Shown here in pieces: positions 11,442 through 22,501 of a DNA stretch of 60,454 nt. Under the pieces are notes generated by a model, which saw nothing but the letters and a program-made list of their open reading frames with translations, did not search any database and was not told the DNA's origin. This DNA comes from Dehalococcoidia bacterium. Lineage in GTDB: Bacteria; Chloroflexota; Dehalococcoidia; WHTO01. Made by a program: the position numbers and the translations under genes. Position 1 is the first letter of the stretch. Each line of letters opens with the position of its first letter. The DNA lies in assembly GCA_009377665.1 (NCBI GenBank), contig WHTO01000001.1:1-60454 (forward strand), read 5' to 3'.

Positions 11442-11836
11442 GCGCCAGCGTGACCGCGTACCTCTGCGCGAAGCCAAGCGCCGACGCGATCGACTTCTAT
11501 AAACGGGCATTCGGGGGTGACGAGCCCGGGGAGAGGATCCTCAACGAAGACGGGTCCATCGGGCACGCCGAGATCGTGATCGGTGACACATCCCTTTACA
11601 TCGCCGACGAATGGCCCGAGGGTGGCCACCTGTCGCCCCAGCGTCTGAAGGGCAGCCCGGTGTCCTTCGTATTGGCGGTTGAGGACGCAGACGCCACGTT
11701 TCAGCGGGCCGTGGACGCCGGAGCGACAGTCGACCGTCCACCGATGGATGAGCCGTACGGACGGGCGGGATGGGTGATCGACCCGTTCGGCCACCGCTGG
11801 TCGGTGACATCCCCCCTCGCGAACGGCGACACTTGA
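11438..11836 (+). CDS. VOC family protein, PhnB-like
   Basis: The GTG start overlaps the upstream stop (GTGA). The pattern AIDFYKRAFGG...HAEIVIGDTSLYIADEW...GWVIDPFGHRWSV is diagnostic. Confidence 0.8.
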   Translation: MSASVTAYLCAKPSADAIDFYKRAFGGDEPGERILNEDGSIGHAEIVIGDTSLYIADEWPEGGHLSPQRLKGSPVSFVLAVEDADATFQRAVDAGATVDRPPMDEPYGRAGWVIDPFGHRWSVTSPLANGDT

Positions 11837-11840
11837 TGAC

Positions 11841-12197
11841 ATGTCGAACGCCGCGGAGGTAGTGGAGACGCTGCGCCGGATCTGCCTGGCTTTGCCCGAG
11901 GCGACGGAGAAGGAGGCCTGGGGGGACCCCACGTTCCGAGTGCGCGACAAAATCTTCGCCATGGTCGATCACAGCCGGGCGTCCTTCTGGTGCAAGGCGC
12001 CCGAAGGCGCGCAGGAGATTCTCGTCGGCGCCGAGCCCGAGACCTTCTTCGTACCCCCGTATGTGGGCCACAAGGGCTGGATCGGAGTGCGCATCGCTGA
12101 CGACGGGGACTGGGAGCAGGTCGCCGGGATCGTCCACGAGAGCTATCGCATGACCGCGCCCAAGCGCCTCCTAAAGCTCCTCGACGAGGACGCCTAG
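11841..12197 (+). CDS. MmcQ/YjbR-family protein (copy 1)
   Basis: 118 aa. It contains EATEKEAWGDPTFRVRDKIFAM...PYVGHKGWIGVRI...ESYRMTAPKRL. Confidence 0.7.
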   Translation: MSNAAEVVETLRRICLALPEATEKEAWGDPTFRVRDKIFAMVDHSRASFWCKAPEGAQEILVGAEPETFFVPPYVGHKGWIGVRIADDGDWEQVAGIVHESYRMTAPKRLLKLLDEDA

Positions 12198-12198
12198 A

Positions 12199-12558
12199 GT
12201 GCCGCCCCTCGAAACCGATCCTGTCGAAGCGGTGCGAAGGATCTGCCTGGCCTTTCCGGAGGCGACGGAGAAGGAGGCGTGGGGCGACCCGACATTTCGG
12301 GTGCAGGACAAGATCTTCGCCATGGTCAAGAACAGCCGCACGACAGTTTGGTGCAAGGCGCCCGAAGGCGCGCAAGAGGTGCTGGTCGGCGCCGAGCCCG
12401 AGACCTTCTTCGTACCGCCCTATGTCGGCCACAGGGGCTGGATCGGAGTCCGGATCGCGGACAACGGGGATTGGGAGCAGGTCGCCGAGATCGTCCACGA
12501 GAGCTATCGCATGACGGCGCCGAAGCGCCTCCTCACGCTCCTCGACGAGTCAGACTGA
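12199..12558 (+). CDS. MmcQ/YjbR-family protein (copy 2, tandem paralogue)
   Basis: 119 aa, collinear with copy 1 and sharing long identical stretches with it. Confidence 0.7.
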   Translation: MPPLETDPVEAVRRICLAFPEATEKEAWGDPTFRVQDKIFAMVKNSRTTVWCKAPEGAQEVLVGAEPETFFVPPYVGHRGWIGVRIADNGDWEQVAEIVHESYRMTAPKRLLTLLDESD

Positions 12559-12566
12559 AGCAGCGA

Positions 12567-12932
12567 TCAGGCGCTGCCGATGGGTGTCTGCTGGTGCAGG
12601 GCCAGCTTCCATTCGCCGCCACGCCTGACGTAGACGCTGCTCGCCAGCGCCCGGTAGTCAGACGGGTCGCCCTCGCGGCGTCCCGTCGCCCGATAGGTGA
12701 TGGCCGCGCTGTCGGGTGTTAGCTCGGTAAGGAGCACGTCCTCGATCTCGAAGCTCGCCCACGGCTGCGCTGCGGCGACCGAATCGATGGTTGCCTCGCG
12801 GCGCAATATGCCCGGTGGCTCCGGGAAGACCATGAGCGCGTCATCGGCCAGATGCTGGCGATAGAACTCGCTGTCGCCGGCGGCGGCCCAAAACTGCTTC
12901 TCCCTCTCGATCAGAGCCTGTTCCGAAACCAC
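12567..12932 (-). CDS. SnoaL-like / DUF4440 (NTF2-fold) protein
   Basis: 121 aa with the typical pattern EREKQFWAA...FYRQHLADDALMVFP...VYVRRGGEWKLALHQQTP. Confidence 0.65.
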   Translation of the reverse strand: MVSEQALIEREKQFWAAAGDSEFYRQHLADDALMVFPEPPGILRREATIDSVAAAQPWASFEIEDVLLTELTPDSAAITYRATGRREGDPSDYRALASSVYVRRGGEWKLALHQQTPIGSA

Positions 12933-12993
12933 GGCTCACCCCCCGAGCATCCCTCGGCCGGGACGCTTCAGGTCCTTATTGTCGCTGGCCAGG

Positions 12994-13389
12994 TCACGCG
13001 ACTGCCATGGCTTCGATCTCGATCATCAGCTCGGGGAAGGCGAGCCGCGTTACACCCAGCAGGGTGCTGGCGGGCCGACAACCCGCGGCAGCGATCCGCG
13101 GGCCGATAGCGCCCAATGCAGGCAGCGCCGCGTCGACATCGGTCACGTAGTAGTTGAGTCGAACCACGTTCGCCAGGCTGAGTCCCGCCTGCTTGAGCAC
13201 GGTCTCTAGGTTGTCCACGGTCTGCACAGCCTGCGCGGCCATGTCACCGGCGTGTACCGGCTTCCCATCGGCGTCAACCGAAGTCTGGCCCGAGCACAAC
13301 AGGAGCTTCTGAGCACCGCTGACCTCGTTCGCCTGGACGAAGCCGAGGTGATCCTGCCATGTCCACGGATTGATGCTTCGCGTTTCCAT
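12994..13389 (-). CDS. RidA/YjgF-family protein
   Basis: ATG at 13389 has a GGAAGGAGAAG RBS. The sequence QTSVDADGKPVHAGDMAAQAVQTVDNLETVLKQAGLSLANVVRLNYYV...IEIEAMA is typical. The longer N-terminal extension in the ORF track is Arg-rich and implausible. Confidence 0.8.
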   Translation of the reverse strand: METRSINPWTWQDHLGFVQANEVSGAQKLLLCSGQTSVDADGKPVHAGDMAAQAVQTVDNLETVLKQAGLSLANVVRLNYYVTDVDAALPALGAIGPRIAAAGCRPASTLLGVTRLAFPELMIEIEAMAVA

Positions 13390-13429
13390 CTCTCTTCTCC
13401 TTCCGAAGGATCCCCTGTTGCGTTGTAAC

Positions 13430-15637
13430 CTACATCTCTTTAGCGTCGGGGGCAGCTTCGACCGGGTGAGCTGGTTGGCCCGCGCCCGGCGTCGGCGGCT
13501 CCGCGGCCGCGGGATTGGCAATGCCAGCGCCAGACGTGACTTCCAGCAGCTCGACGATGTCGAAGGCTTTCATCCTCTTCTCCTCGTCGGGCTGAACCGT
13601 CGGGATGCCATCTTCGAACATCTGGATGCAAAACGGGCAGCCCGTCGCGATGGTGTCGGCGTCGGTGGCGTAGGCGTGCTCTGTACGAGCGTGGTTGATG
13701 CGCTTGCCCTTGGTCTCCTCAACCCACATGTGCCCGCCGCCGGCGCCGCAGCAGAACGCCTTGCGCCGGTTCCATTCCATCTCCGACACGCGCGCGCCCA
13801 TGTTGCCGATCAGCTCGCGCGGGGCCTCGAACGAGTCATTGTGGCGGCCCATATAGCACGGGTCGTGATACGTGACGGTGTACTGGTCGCCGTACTTCCC
13901 GCGCCCGAGCGACTTCTTCGGGCGCAGCGCGCCCTCCTTGACCAGGTCGTTGAAGAACTCGGTGTGATGGATGACCTCGAACTCGCCGCCGAAGTCGGGG
14001 TACTCGTTCTTCATGATGTTGAAGCAGTGGGGGCAGTTGGTGAGGACCTTCTTCGCCCCCGCCTGCTTGAAGGTCTCGATGTTCTGCTGGATCTGGGCCT
14101 GGGCCACGTACTCGTTGCCCATCCGGCGCGCCGGGTCGCCCGAGCAGATCTCGAGGTCTCCAAGCACTCCGAAGGAGACGCCCGCGTGCTGGAGGAGGCT
14201 GGCCATCGCCTTCGTGATCGGGATGTTGCGGTCGGCCAGGGCCCCCGTGCAACCGACCCAGTAGAGATAGTCCTGGCTGCCATCGAAGGTCGGCACGTCC
14301 ATCCCCTCCATCCAGCCGGTGCGGGTGTGCGCGGTGCCACGCCAGGGATGGCCGCGCTGCTCGAGGTTGGCAAGCGTGGCCTGCGCCGTCTCAGGCATGC
14401 GTGCCTCGTCCATCACCAGGAACCGGCGCATGTCGATGATCTCAGGGATGTGCTCGATCATCACCGGGCACTGCTCCATGCAGGCGCCGCAGGTGACGCA
14501 GTCCCAGATCGAGTTGAACCCCTCGGCCTCGATCAGCGTCTCGCCCGGGGCGCCGTGGGCGTCGGCGCTACCCGTTGTGCCGGGACCCTTCTTGAGCGCC
14601 AGCGGTATCAGCGGCGCGTCGACCTCGTGCGTGACGTGCATGCGGGCGTTGTGCTCTATCGCCTTCGGCGAGAGGTCCTTGCCCGTCAGGAAGGCGGGGC
14701 AGTTGACCTCGCAGCGTCCGCACTCGGTGCACGTGTAGAAGTCGAGGATGTTCTTCCACGAGAAGTCCTGCCATTTGCCGACGCCAAAGGCCGGCAGCTC
14801 ATCTTCCTTGCCGGGCTCGGGCTCGGCGAGGGGCGCGTCGAGGTCGAGCTTCCGCAGGTAGGCATAGTTCTCGTCGCGCTTGAAGAGGACGTTGAAGGGC
14901 ACCGTGAAGATGTGCGAGTGCTTGGAGAAGGGCAGGAAGCAGAGAAAGCCTGTGAACACCAGCAGGTGGGCGAACCAGCTGCCCGTGTGGAAGGCCTCGA
15001 GGGCGCCGCGGTCCCAGCCTTCGATCGCCGGCGCCACCGCGTTAGCCAGGAACGACCATTCGGCCCAGTCCGGCTGATAGAGCGCGATCTGCGCGGCGTT
15101 GACCATCACATCCGACACCATCAGAGCCGCGATCAGGAAGAGGATCGCCCAGGCGTCCCAGTTCAGCGTCAGCCGTGGAGGCCGCAGCGCGAAGCGCTGG
15201 AAGGCGGCCATGCCAACGCCCACGATCACCAGCAGGTTGAAGAGGTCCATGACGGGCCGCAGCCACTGATAGACCGGGTCGCCCCAGGCCTGGATGGCAA
15301 TGCCCTCGTCAAACCCTTCGAGGATGAAGTTGAGCGTCCGCAGCTGGAGAACCACGAACCCCCAAAAGATCATCGTGTGCAGGATGCCGCTGTACCAGTA
15401 CCGCGGGCGGGCGACCCTGGCGTTGCCGAGGACCAGCGGGATAAGCTCCGCCGTCCGCTTCGCAATGCTCCGCAGCGAGTACAGCCGGTCCTCACGTCGC
15501 GCCTGCAGCATCGGCTTGAGCAACCGCGCCCACACCGAGTAACCGAAGAAGGCCAGCGCGCCGAAAAAGATCAGCAGAAAGAAGACATTGCCGGGAAAGG
15601 CCGTACCAGGGGTGTGAATCTCCGCCAGCAGATACAT
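13430..15637 (-). CDS. membrane-bound Fe-S oxidoreductase (N-terminal multi-TM domain + 2x[4Fe-4S] + two CCG domains); EtfD/Rv0338c-like
   Basis: TM-rich N-terminus. It has two CxxCxxCxxxCP motifs (CTECGRCEVNCP, CVTCGACMEQCP) and CCG-type cysteine motifs (WVGCTGAL, DPCYMGRHN, FCCGAGGG). I chose ATG at 15637 with a GGAGAC RBS. Confidence 0.8.
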   Translation of the reverse strand: MYLLAEIHTPGTAFPGNVFFLLIFFGALAFFGYSVWARLLKPMLQARREDRLYSLRSIAKRTAELIPLVLGNARVARPRYWYSGILHTMIFWGFVVLQLRTLNFILEGFDEGIAIQAWGDPVYQWLRPVMDLFNLLVIVGVGMAAFQRFALRPPRLTLNWDAWAILFLIAALMVSDVMVNAAQIALYQPDWAEWSFLANAVAPAIEGWDRGALEAFHTGSWFAHLLVFTGFLCFLPFSKHSHIFTVPFNVLFKRDENYAYLRKLDLDAPLAEPEPGKEDELPAFGVGKWQDFSWKNILDFYTCTECGRCEVNCPAFLTGKDLSPKAIEHNARMHVTHEVDAPLIPLALKKGPGTTGSADAHGAPGETLIEAEGFNSIWDCVTCGACMEQCPVMIEHIPEIIDMRRFLVMDEARMPETAQATLANLEQRGHPWRGTAHTRTGWMEGMDVPTFDGSQDYLYWVGCTGALADRNIPITKAMASLLQHAGVSFGVLGDLEICSGDPARRMGNEYVAQAQIQQNIETFKQAGAKKVLTNCPHCFNIMKNEYPDFGGEFEVIHHTEFFNDLVKEGALRPKKSLGRGKYGDQYTVTYHDPCYMGRHNDSFEAPRELIGNMGARVSEMEWNRRKAFCCGAGGGHMWVEETKGKRINHARTEHAYATDADTIATGCPFCIQMFEDGIPTVQPDEEKRMKAFDIVELLEVTSGAGIANPAAAEPPTPGAGQPAHPVEAAPDAKEM

Positions 15638-15920
15638 ACAGGTCTCCGCATGCTCCGGTCGCCGACGCTCAGCGTCTGGCCGCAACCGGGCTGTGTGATG
15701 TCAGGCGCCACCTCGACGATAACCAAAGGCCCACGCGGGGGCGCGCTGTCGGTGAAGGGCTAGCTCAGGTCGGCTCGAACATCAGCACGCCACGCGAAGG
15801 CAACGACGCAAAGGTAGCTAGAGCGGTTACCAGGCCCGGGCATCGGCACCTCACAAAGGTGGATGGGGGATGATTCATCCAACGATATCGGGGCGGAGGC
15901 CAGCGGGATAGGCGGGCGCT

Positions 15921-16331
15921 TCAGGATGCAGCGGTAAGCCGGCCGCGCGGCTTGTCTGAGATCAGCCGCTCGACCGTTTCCAGGAGATCGTCCACGTCCA
16001 CGGGCTTGCTAAGATAGGCGTCGACGTTGAGCTCACTCGCTATCTCGCCAAGGCCCCGCATTCCCGACAGTAGAACCCTCGGGATGTTGGCGGTGGACTC
16101 ATTGGCCGCCAGCTGCTCGGCCAGTCTCCAGCCGTCGATGGCCGGCAGGAGCAGATCGAATATGACCAGGTCCGGCCTCTTCTGAACCGCGGCGTCGAAT
16201 CCCTTGAGGCCGTCCGGGGCGTCGAGCACAGCGAAGTCCTTGCTACGCAGGGCCGCCCTCACGAGCTGCGCGAGGCGGTCATCCTCGAGGACGACGAGGA
16301 TGCGCGGGCGGTCGCTATCGAGGCGAGTCAT
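15921..16331 (-). CDS. single-domain response regulator (receiver domain only)
   Basis: 136 aa with REC features: ILVVLEDD, DLVIFDLLLPAIDGW and the conserved Lys context SKP. Confidence 0.8.
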   Translation of the reverse strand: MTRLDSDRPRILVVLEDDRLAQLVRAALRSKDFAVLDAPDGLKGFDAAVQKRPDLVIFDLLLPAIDGWRLAEQLAANESTANIPRVLLSGMRGLGEIASELNVDAYLSKPVDVDDLLETVERLISDKPRGRLTAAS

Positions 16332-16608
16332 CGCCTTCAGGACAGCGACCGAACGTGTCTTGACGCTTTCACCACATCCATAGGTCCACTGAAATCCTCG
16401 ACCGAGACGCCCACCGGCTTAGCGGAGTCTACGGTGGCGACGCAACCTTAGCGCTCTCACGTTACATCGTAGCAACCTATGATGCTTTGCTGCCATGTCG
16501 GCGCAGTTGATCTCCCGCTCGGCGCTGAGCGGCGCCCCCGTCTGCGAGTCGCCGGCAACCAGGGCACTTACCAGTCAGGCGAATAAGTCAGACGAATCGC
16601 CGCGCCGC

Positions 16609-18411
<1,803 letters not shown>

Positions 18412-18578
18412 CGGGGTCCTTTCGGAGTTCAGAGAAAGAGGACTTAGAGTCGGGCGCTGTGGGACCACCCATACCGGGTCGCGCTCGCTACCGATTCTAG
18501 AAGAGCGCGGGCTCTGGGGCATTTTTCGGGCGCCGGCGCGCCGCCCAGGATCCCGCCGGGCTCGGTACGATAAAATCG

Positions 18579-19148
18579 ATGACCCACGACCAGATACGGA
18601 TGACGGCAGCGCCCTTCTATGACGGTTGGACGAACTATCAGCGGCTGTTCACCGAGGCCATTGCCAACCTCACGCCCGAGCAGCTCCTGCTCCGAGCCAC
18701 GCCCGGGCAGTGGGCCATCTGGCAGATCGTTGCGCACGTCGCCACCGCACGGGAGTACTGGTTCAGACACCTGGGCGAGAGCACCGAAGATGTTGCCGCC
18801 CTCTTCCCCCACAGCGCCGACGGGCTGGGCTGGGAGGATGACGAGGACCACCCGCAGATGAATGACGAGCTCGTCCACGCGCTCGAGATCACGTGGAGCA
18901 TGATCGACGACCGTCTCCGGCGCTGGACGCCGGCCATGCTCCAGGCCGAGTTCTCCCGCGAGCGGGACGGCAGGCGGCACGTTTTCACTAGGCAGTCAAC
19001 CATCATGCGCCTGATCGGACACGACACCTTCCACGCGGGCGAGGTTTCGATGCTCCTGGGCGCACAGGGCCTGCCAGCGATCGATCTCTGGCGGCCCGCC
19101 GATACCTGGCTGCCAGCTGCCGAGGCGTCCAGCAGCCGAGAAGGGTAG
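18579..19148 (+). CDS. DinB-family (DinB_2) protein
   Basis: 189 aa. The spaced His residues typical of the DinB four-helix bundle are present ([14 protein letters not shown] ... [16 protein letters not shown]). Confidence 0.7.
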   Translation: MTHDQIRMTAAPFYDGWTNYQRLFTEAIANLTPEQLLLRATPGQWAIWQIVAHVATAREYWFRHLGESTEDVAALFPHSADGLGWEDDEDHPQMNDELVHALEITWSMIDDRLRRWTPAMLQAEFSRERDGRRHVFTRQSTIMRLIGHDTFHAGEVSMLLGAQGLPAIDLWRPADTWLPAAEASSSREG

Positions 19149-19256
19149 GCGCACGCCGGCAGGGGACTGGTGGACGCCTGGGCCGAGAGAGTTCGCCCTC
19201 CCCGCGCGGGCGGCGCGTGGTCTTGATAGGCTGAGCCGGGACAGAGTGGATCGTCC

Positions 19257-19559
19257 TTGAGCAGGCGCGTGCGTTCCTCGCAGAAGCTCGGCGATAGGCT
19301 CGCTGCAACCAGGCGGCGCACCTTCGCGGGGAGAGCGGCCGAGCTGGAAATGTCCCGCGCGGCGCGCCAGGGCTCGACGCCGTTCCCGGTGATCTATCTC
19401 CACCGTCCCGGTGGGACTGGGAAGACCGCCCTGCTGTCCGAATTCGCGCAACTCACCGAGGAAACGGTTCTCCTGTTCGCTGCTGGACGCCCGCCACGTC
19501 GAGCCATCCCCGAGCGGTTTCCTCGCCGCGCTGGGGCGAGCAATGGACTCGGCTGATTA
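19257..19559 (+). pseudogene. 5' remnant of a STAND/AAA-ATPase regulator gene (truncated, probably frameshifted)
   Basis: It encodes FAGRAAELE...PVIYLHRPGGTGKTALLSEFAQL, which is a P-loop N-terminus of large ATPase/LuxR-type regulators. After about 19470 the plausible continuation (LLDARHVEPSPSGFLAALGRAMD) is in the +1 frame. Both frames stop by 19559, and the sequence beyond is lower in GC. Confidence 0.45.
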
Positions 19560-19683
19560 GACGTGGCATGCCAGGATATGGGCCTATTGGCGCCCGGAAC
19601 CCTCGGGAGAAGGAATGCCCTGAAGGTCATCGTCGGTTTTGAGGTTTGGAATGGTGACCCACATCGTCACCAGCCGCGAACAG

Positions 19684-20094
19684 TTACTTCACTTCGAGCG
19701 AGTTGCCGTCCCATTCGTGGGACGCGTCAGGGACGAATGTAATGGCCAGTCCAGACGCAATCGACCAACCGTCCCCGACCATGCTGATAAGCCATCCCCC
19801 GGGAACTCTGGCCCGATAGATCACCGATTTATGCGCGCCTTTTGAATCTATCTTCTCCCAAAACCACTCTCGGATTAGCCACGTCCGTCTCCTTTCTCCT
19901 GCCGCTTTGCAAAGTCCTCGTCTTTTAGCGGAGACCCGCCTTGGGCCGTTTCCAAGTGCGAGCGTAGGCCGGGTCGGCCTGTCCTGGCACGATTGATTCG
20001 CGAGCAGACACCCCACCGGGTCAGCCGCCATTCGCTCGGCTGCGGGCAGAACGGTCCGTCCCTCCGGTCCCGTCTGATCCCCACATCCGAGCAC
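19684..20094 (-). CDS. hypothetical protein; only the C-terminal ~60 aa look protein-like and the start is unclear
   Basis: The ORF ends ...WFWEKIDSKGAHKSVIYRARVPGGWLISMVGDGWSIASGLAITFVPDASHEWDGNSLEVK. The upstream part is Arg/Pro/Gly-rich. A GGAGAAAGGAGA motif lies just upstream of the plausible part, but there is no canonical in-frame start codon. Confidence 0.25.
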   Translation of the reverse strand: MLGCGDQTGPEGRTVLPAAERMAADPVGCLLANQSCQDRPTRPTLALGNGPRRVSAKRRGLCKAAGERRRTWLIREWFWEKIDSKGAHKSVIYRARVPGGWLISMVGDGWSIASGLAITFVPDASHEWDGNSLEVK

Positions 20095-20268
20095 AGAGGC
20101 GTCTCGTCTTTGGCGAGAACCCTGCCCTGCGGTCGCCGGCGACTGCTATCCAGGCTCGGCTACAGCCCTCACTCGGGCGTCAGGTAGCCTCTCTCCCTAT
20201 TGGTGAGCCACGGGACGTACACGATGCCTCGGTGGACCTCAGCACCTCGGATCAAGGGGTCGAGGAAG

Positions 20269-20682
20269 CTACCCTTCTGACTGCTGCATCGCAGCCATGT
20301 CCACGTAGGCCACCTCCCAGAGGTGTCCGTCGGGATCCTGGAAGCTCCGTGCGTACATGAAACCCTGGTCCATCGTGTCGTTTGAGGGCGACCCGCCCGA
20401 GGCGAGAGCCGTGTCCACCAGATCGTCGACCCGCTCCTTGCTTTCGACCCCCAGCGCAACGATCGCCTCGGTGCTCTTCGTGGCGTCGGCGACGTCCTTA
20501 TTGGTGAACGACTTAAAGTACGGCTCCGTGAGCAGCATGGCGTAGATCTCGTCGCTGATGACCAGGCAGGCGGCGTTCTCGTCCGTGAACTGGGGGTCGA
20601 ACGAATAGCCAAGAGCGGTAAAGAAGGCCTTCGACTTATCGAGGTCCTTCACGGGGAGGTTGACAAAGATCTTCGTAGACAT
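20269..20682 (-). CDS. VOC/glyoxalase-fold family protein
   Basis: 137 aa: MSTKIFVNLPVKDLDKSKAFFTALGYSF...FQDPDGHLWEVAYVDM. Confidence 0.8.
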   Translation of the reverse strand: MSTKIFVNLPVKDLDKSKAFFTALGYSFDPQFTDENAACLVISDEIYAMLLTEPYFKSFTNKDVADATKSTEAIVALGVESKERVDDLVDTALASGGSPSNDTMDQGFMYARSFQDPDGHLWEVAYVDMAAMQQSEG

Positions 20683-20777
20683 TGGTTCGTCATCGTTTCG
20701 ATCGCCAGGTATTGCAAATCTGCCGAAATGAGCTTGCTAAAAACAAGCATTGTCTGTAAAGACAAGTTGTCGATGGC

Positions 20778-22472
20778 TTAGGGACAGCCCTCCGTCCAAC
20801 CGCCTAGCAGAAGAGCCTCGCTACGCTCGGCGCCGCTTCCCATCCGGAGGAGGTCCGTCCTGTCCCCGAACACTTGGCGCAGAGCCTCCAACGATACCTG
20901 CACGGCTTCCACGGCGCTCTTTTGTAGTTCCTTCTGGTTTACGTTTGGAGCACCATGAACTACTCGACTACGGAGGCCATAAATCTTCTTGAATCTCTTC
21001 TGGCGATCTCGACGCGCGTCAGCGGTACTTGCAAGGAGCCAGGCAAGGGCGGTTGACACTCGGAGCGTCGTTTCGTTCGCGCCGCCAAAGAGGTTCTCCC
21101 AAACCACGATGGCATCGACTAGCACGTCCTCGGGCAGTCGCCGGTCGGCCGTGGCCATTAGCATTCGGCGAATCGCCACGCTGACGCCCGCAGCGCGATA
21201 GTCATGAATCTTCTTGGACCAGCCGGCCCACTCGGCTGCCTGCGCGTCAGCAAGCCGGGTCGGTGTCAGTGTTCGGATCGCCTGTGGGTCGGACCATCCC
21301 ACGCTCAATGCAGCCGAAAGCGGATCGATGATTGCCCGCCACGTGGCGGCGACGATCAGCGGACGCGCATCGGGACAGGCGAGGAGTATTCCTAGTCGAA
21401 CGTTCTCAACTAGCTCGTCCACTTTTCTGAGGGCTGCCAAGTCGTTCGGCCACTTGCTATCAAGCGTGCCTACATCCGCGTGGACCTCTATCTGGTACTC
21501 AAGTTCGGTCTCCAGGACGACATCGCCGCTGTAGCGGATGATGACCGTGTCGCCGTCGGAGGAGTGCCCCTGCAGTCTCCCCTCGAGCGCTGTGCGCCGC
21601 ACGATCCGCTCATCACGGTCATCGGCCGGGCGCAACTTCGCCCACCCCAGGTCGAGCAATTGACAGGTGTCGGGGAGTATGACACCAGTAAGACCGATAC
21701 GAACAGGGACGACGGCCGGTCGGCCCGCAATCGCGGATCGAACGAGAGTTAGCATTTGGCGTACGCCATCGACGAGGGAATCAACCGTGACTTCTGCCTG
21801 CGCTAAGGAAGCAAAGTCAAGGCCAGCCGTGATGACTGAACTTGCGAAGCCCGCCAGCTGATTGCCGCCGCCTTGACCCGTGCTCCGCAAGCTATTGCCC
21901 TGGCGCTGCCAGTCCAACTGCCCGGGGGAATGAGGAAATAGTTTCACCAACTCTTTGTCGCTTAGAACGGCCTCCTGGAAGCGACCGTCCAGGGGGTGCC
22001 TGAATGTCGCCGAACCGAAATGGGATCCGAATCTGGGATCCTCGCGACCGAGTACAAGCAGGACTGCATAGAGGTCTATCGCCAGAGCCGTGAGTGAGGT
22101 GGTGACAGGATCCGTCTCAGGCAGGGCCGACTTTATCTCACCCCCGCACGATTGTCTGATGATGGTTCCGACAGATTCCGATTGGCCGTCGCCACACGAC
22201 CCGAGCCAATTGCTCCACCGAAGCTCGCGTGCAACCTCGTCTTGGAGCTGGGCCGCGACCGAAGACAGTCGTTGGATAGCAGCTTCCCGGCGTTCGTCCC
22301 ACCTCGGTCTGTCTGGGTTCGAAACTAGTTCCTGTACCTGATGCCGCTCTAGGTTCAGCAAGTAACCGAGCGCGTCCTCCCCGAGGTGCTCGTTGAGGAG
22401 GAGCTCGGGCTTCATACGCACAATGATCGAATCAACTGACAAGGGCGCATGCCCCTCGGGAGCAGGGTTCAT
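20778..22472 (-). CDS. large uncharacterised protein with a C-terminal HEPN-like domain (Rx4H motif)
   Basis: The ORF-track start at 22541 overlaps tRNA-Ala, so I use ATG at 22472; ATG at 22415 is an alternative. The C-terminus reads ...VVWENLFGG.NETTLRVSTALAWLLA...RFKKIYGLRSRVVHG... with R-S-R-V-V-H at 20955-20972. I recognise no motif in the first ~430 aa. GC content and codon usage are visibly lower than in the flanks. Confidence 0.6.
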   Translation of the reverse strand: MNPAPEGHAPLSVDSIIVRMKPELLLNEHLGEDALGYLLNLERHQVQELVSNPDRPRWDERREAAIQRLSSVAAQLQDEVARELRWSNWLGSCGDGQSESVGTIIRQSCGGEIKSALPETDPVTTSLTALAIDLYAVLLVLGREDPRFGSHFGSATFRHPLDGRFQEAVLSDKELVKLFPHSPGQLDWQRQGNSLRSTGQGGGNQLAGFASSVITAGLDFASLAQAEVTVDSLVDGVRQMLTLVRSAIAGRPAVVPVRIGLTGVILPDTCQLLDLGWAKLRPADDRDERIVRRTALEGRLQGHSSDGDTVIIRYSGDVVLETELEYQIEVHADVGTLDSKWPNDLAALRKVDELVENVRLGILLACPDARPLIVAATWRAIIDPLSAALSVGWSDPQAIRTLTPTRLADAQAAEWAGWSKKIHDYRAAGVSVAIRRMLMATADRRLPEDVLVDAIVVWENLFGGANETTLRVSTALAWLLASTADARRDRQKRFKKIYGLRSRVVHGAPNVNQKELQKSAVEAVQVSLEALRQVFGDRTDLLRMGSGAERSEALLLGGWTEGCP

Positions 22473-22501
22473 CTGGGTGGAACAGAGATTCCGGGCAGGC
22501 T

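Larger units (their letters stand above)
11841..12558 (+). repeat. tandem gene duplication (two units of about 0.36 kb)
   Basis: The two adjacent genes align end to end at the nucleotide level. Long identical runs include ggcgacggagaaggaggc, ggtgcaaggcgcccgaaggcgcgca, cggcgccgagcccgagaccttcttcgtacc and atcgtccacgagagctatcgcatgac. Confidence 0.85.

Noticed and set aside
16332-16608. A possible small RNA (SRP-like string ACCAGTCAGGCGAATAAGTCAGAC) in the 277-nt gap between typA and the response regulator.
   Set aside because: The resemblance to the SRP RNA conserved helix is superficial and no convincing extended helix could be drawn. The gap is adequately explained by the typA terminator region plus the response-regulator promoter.
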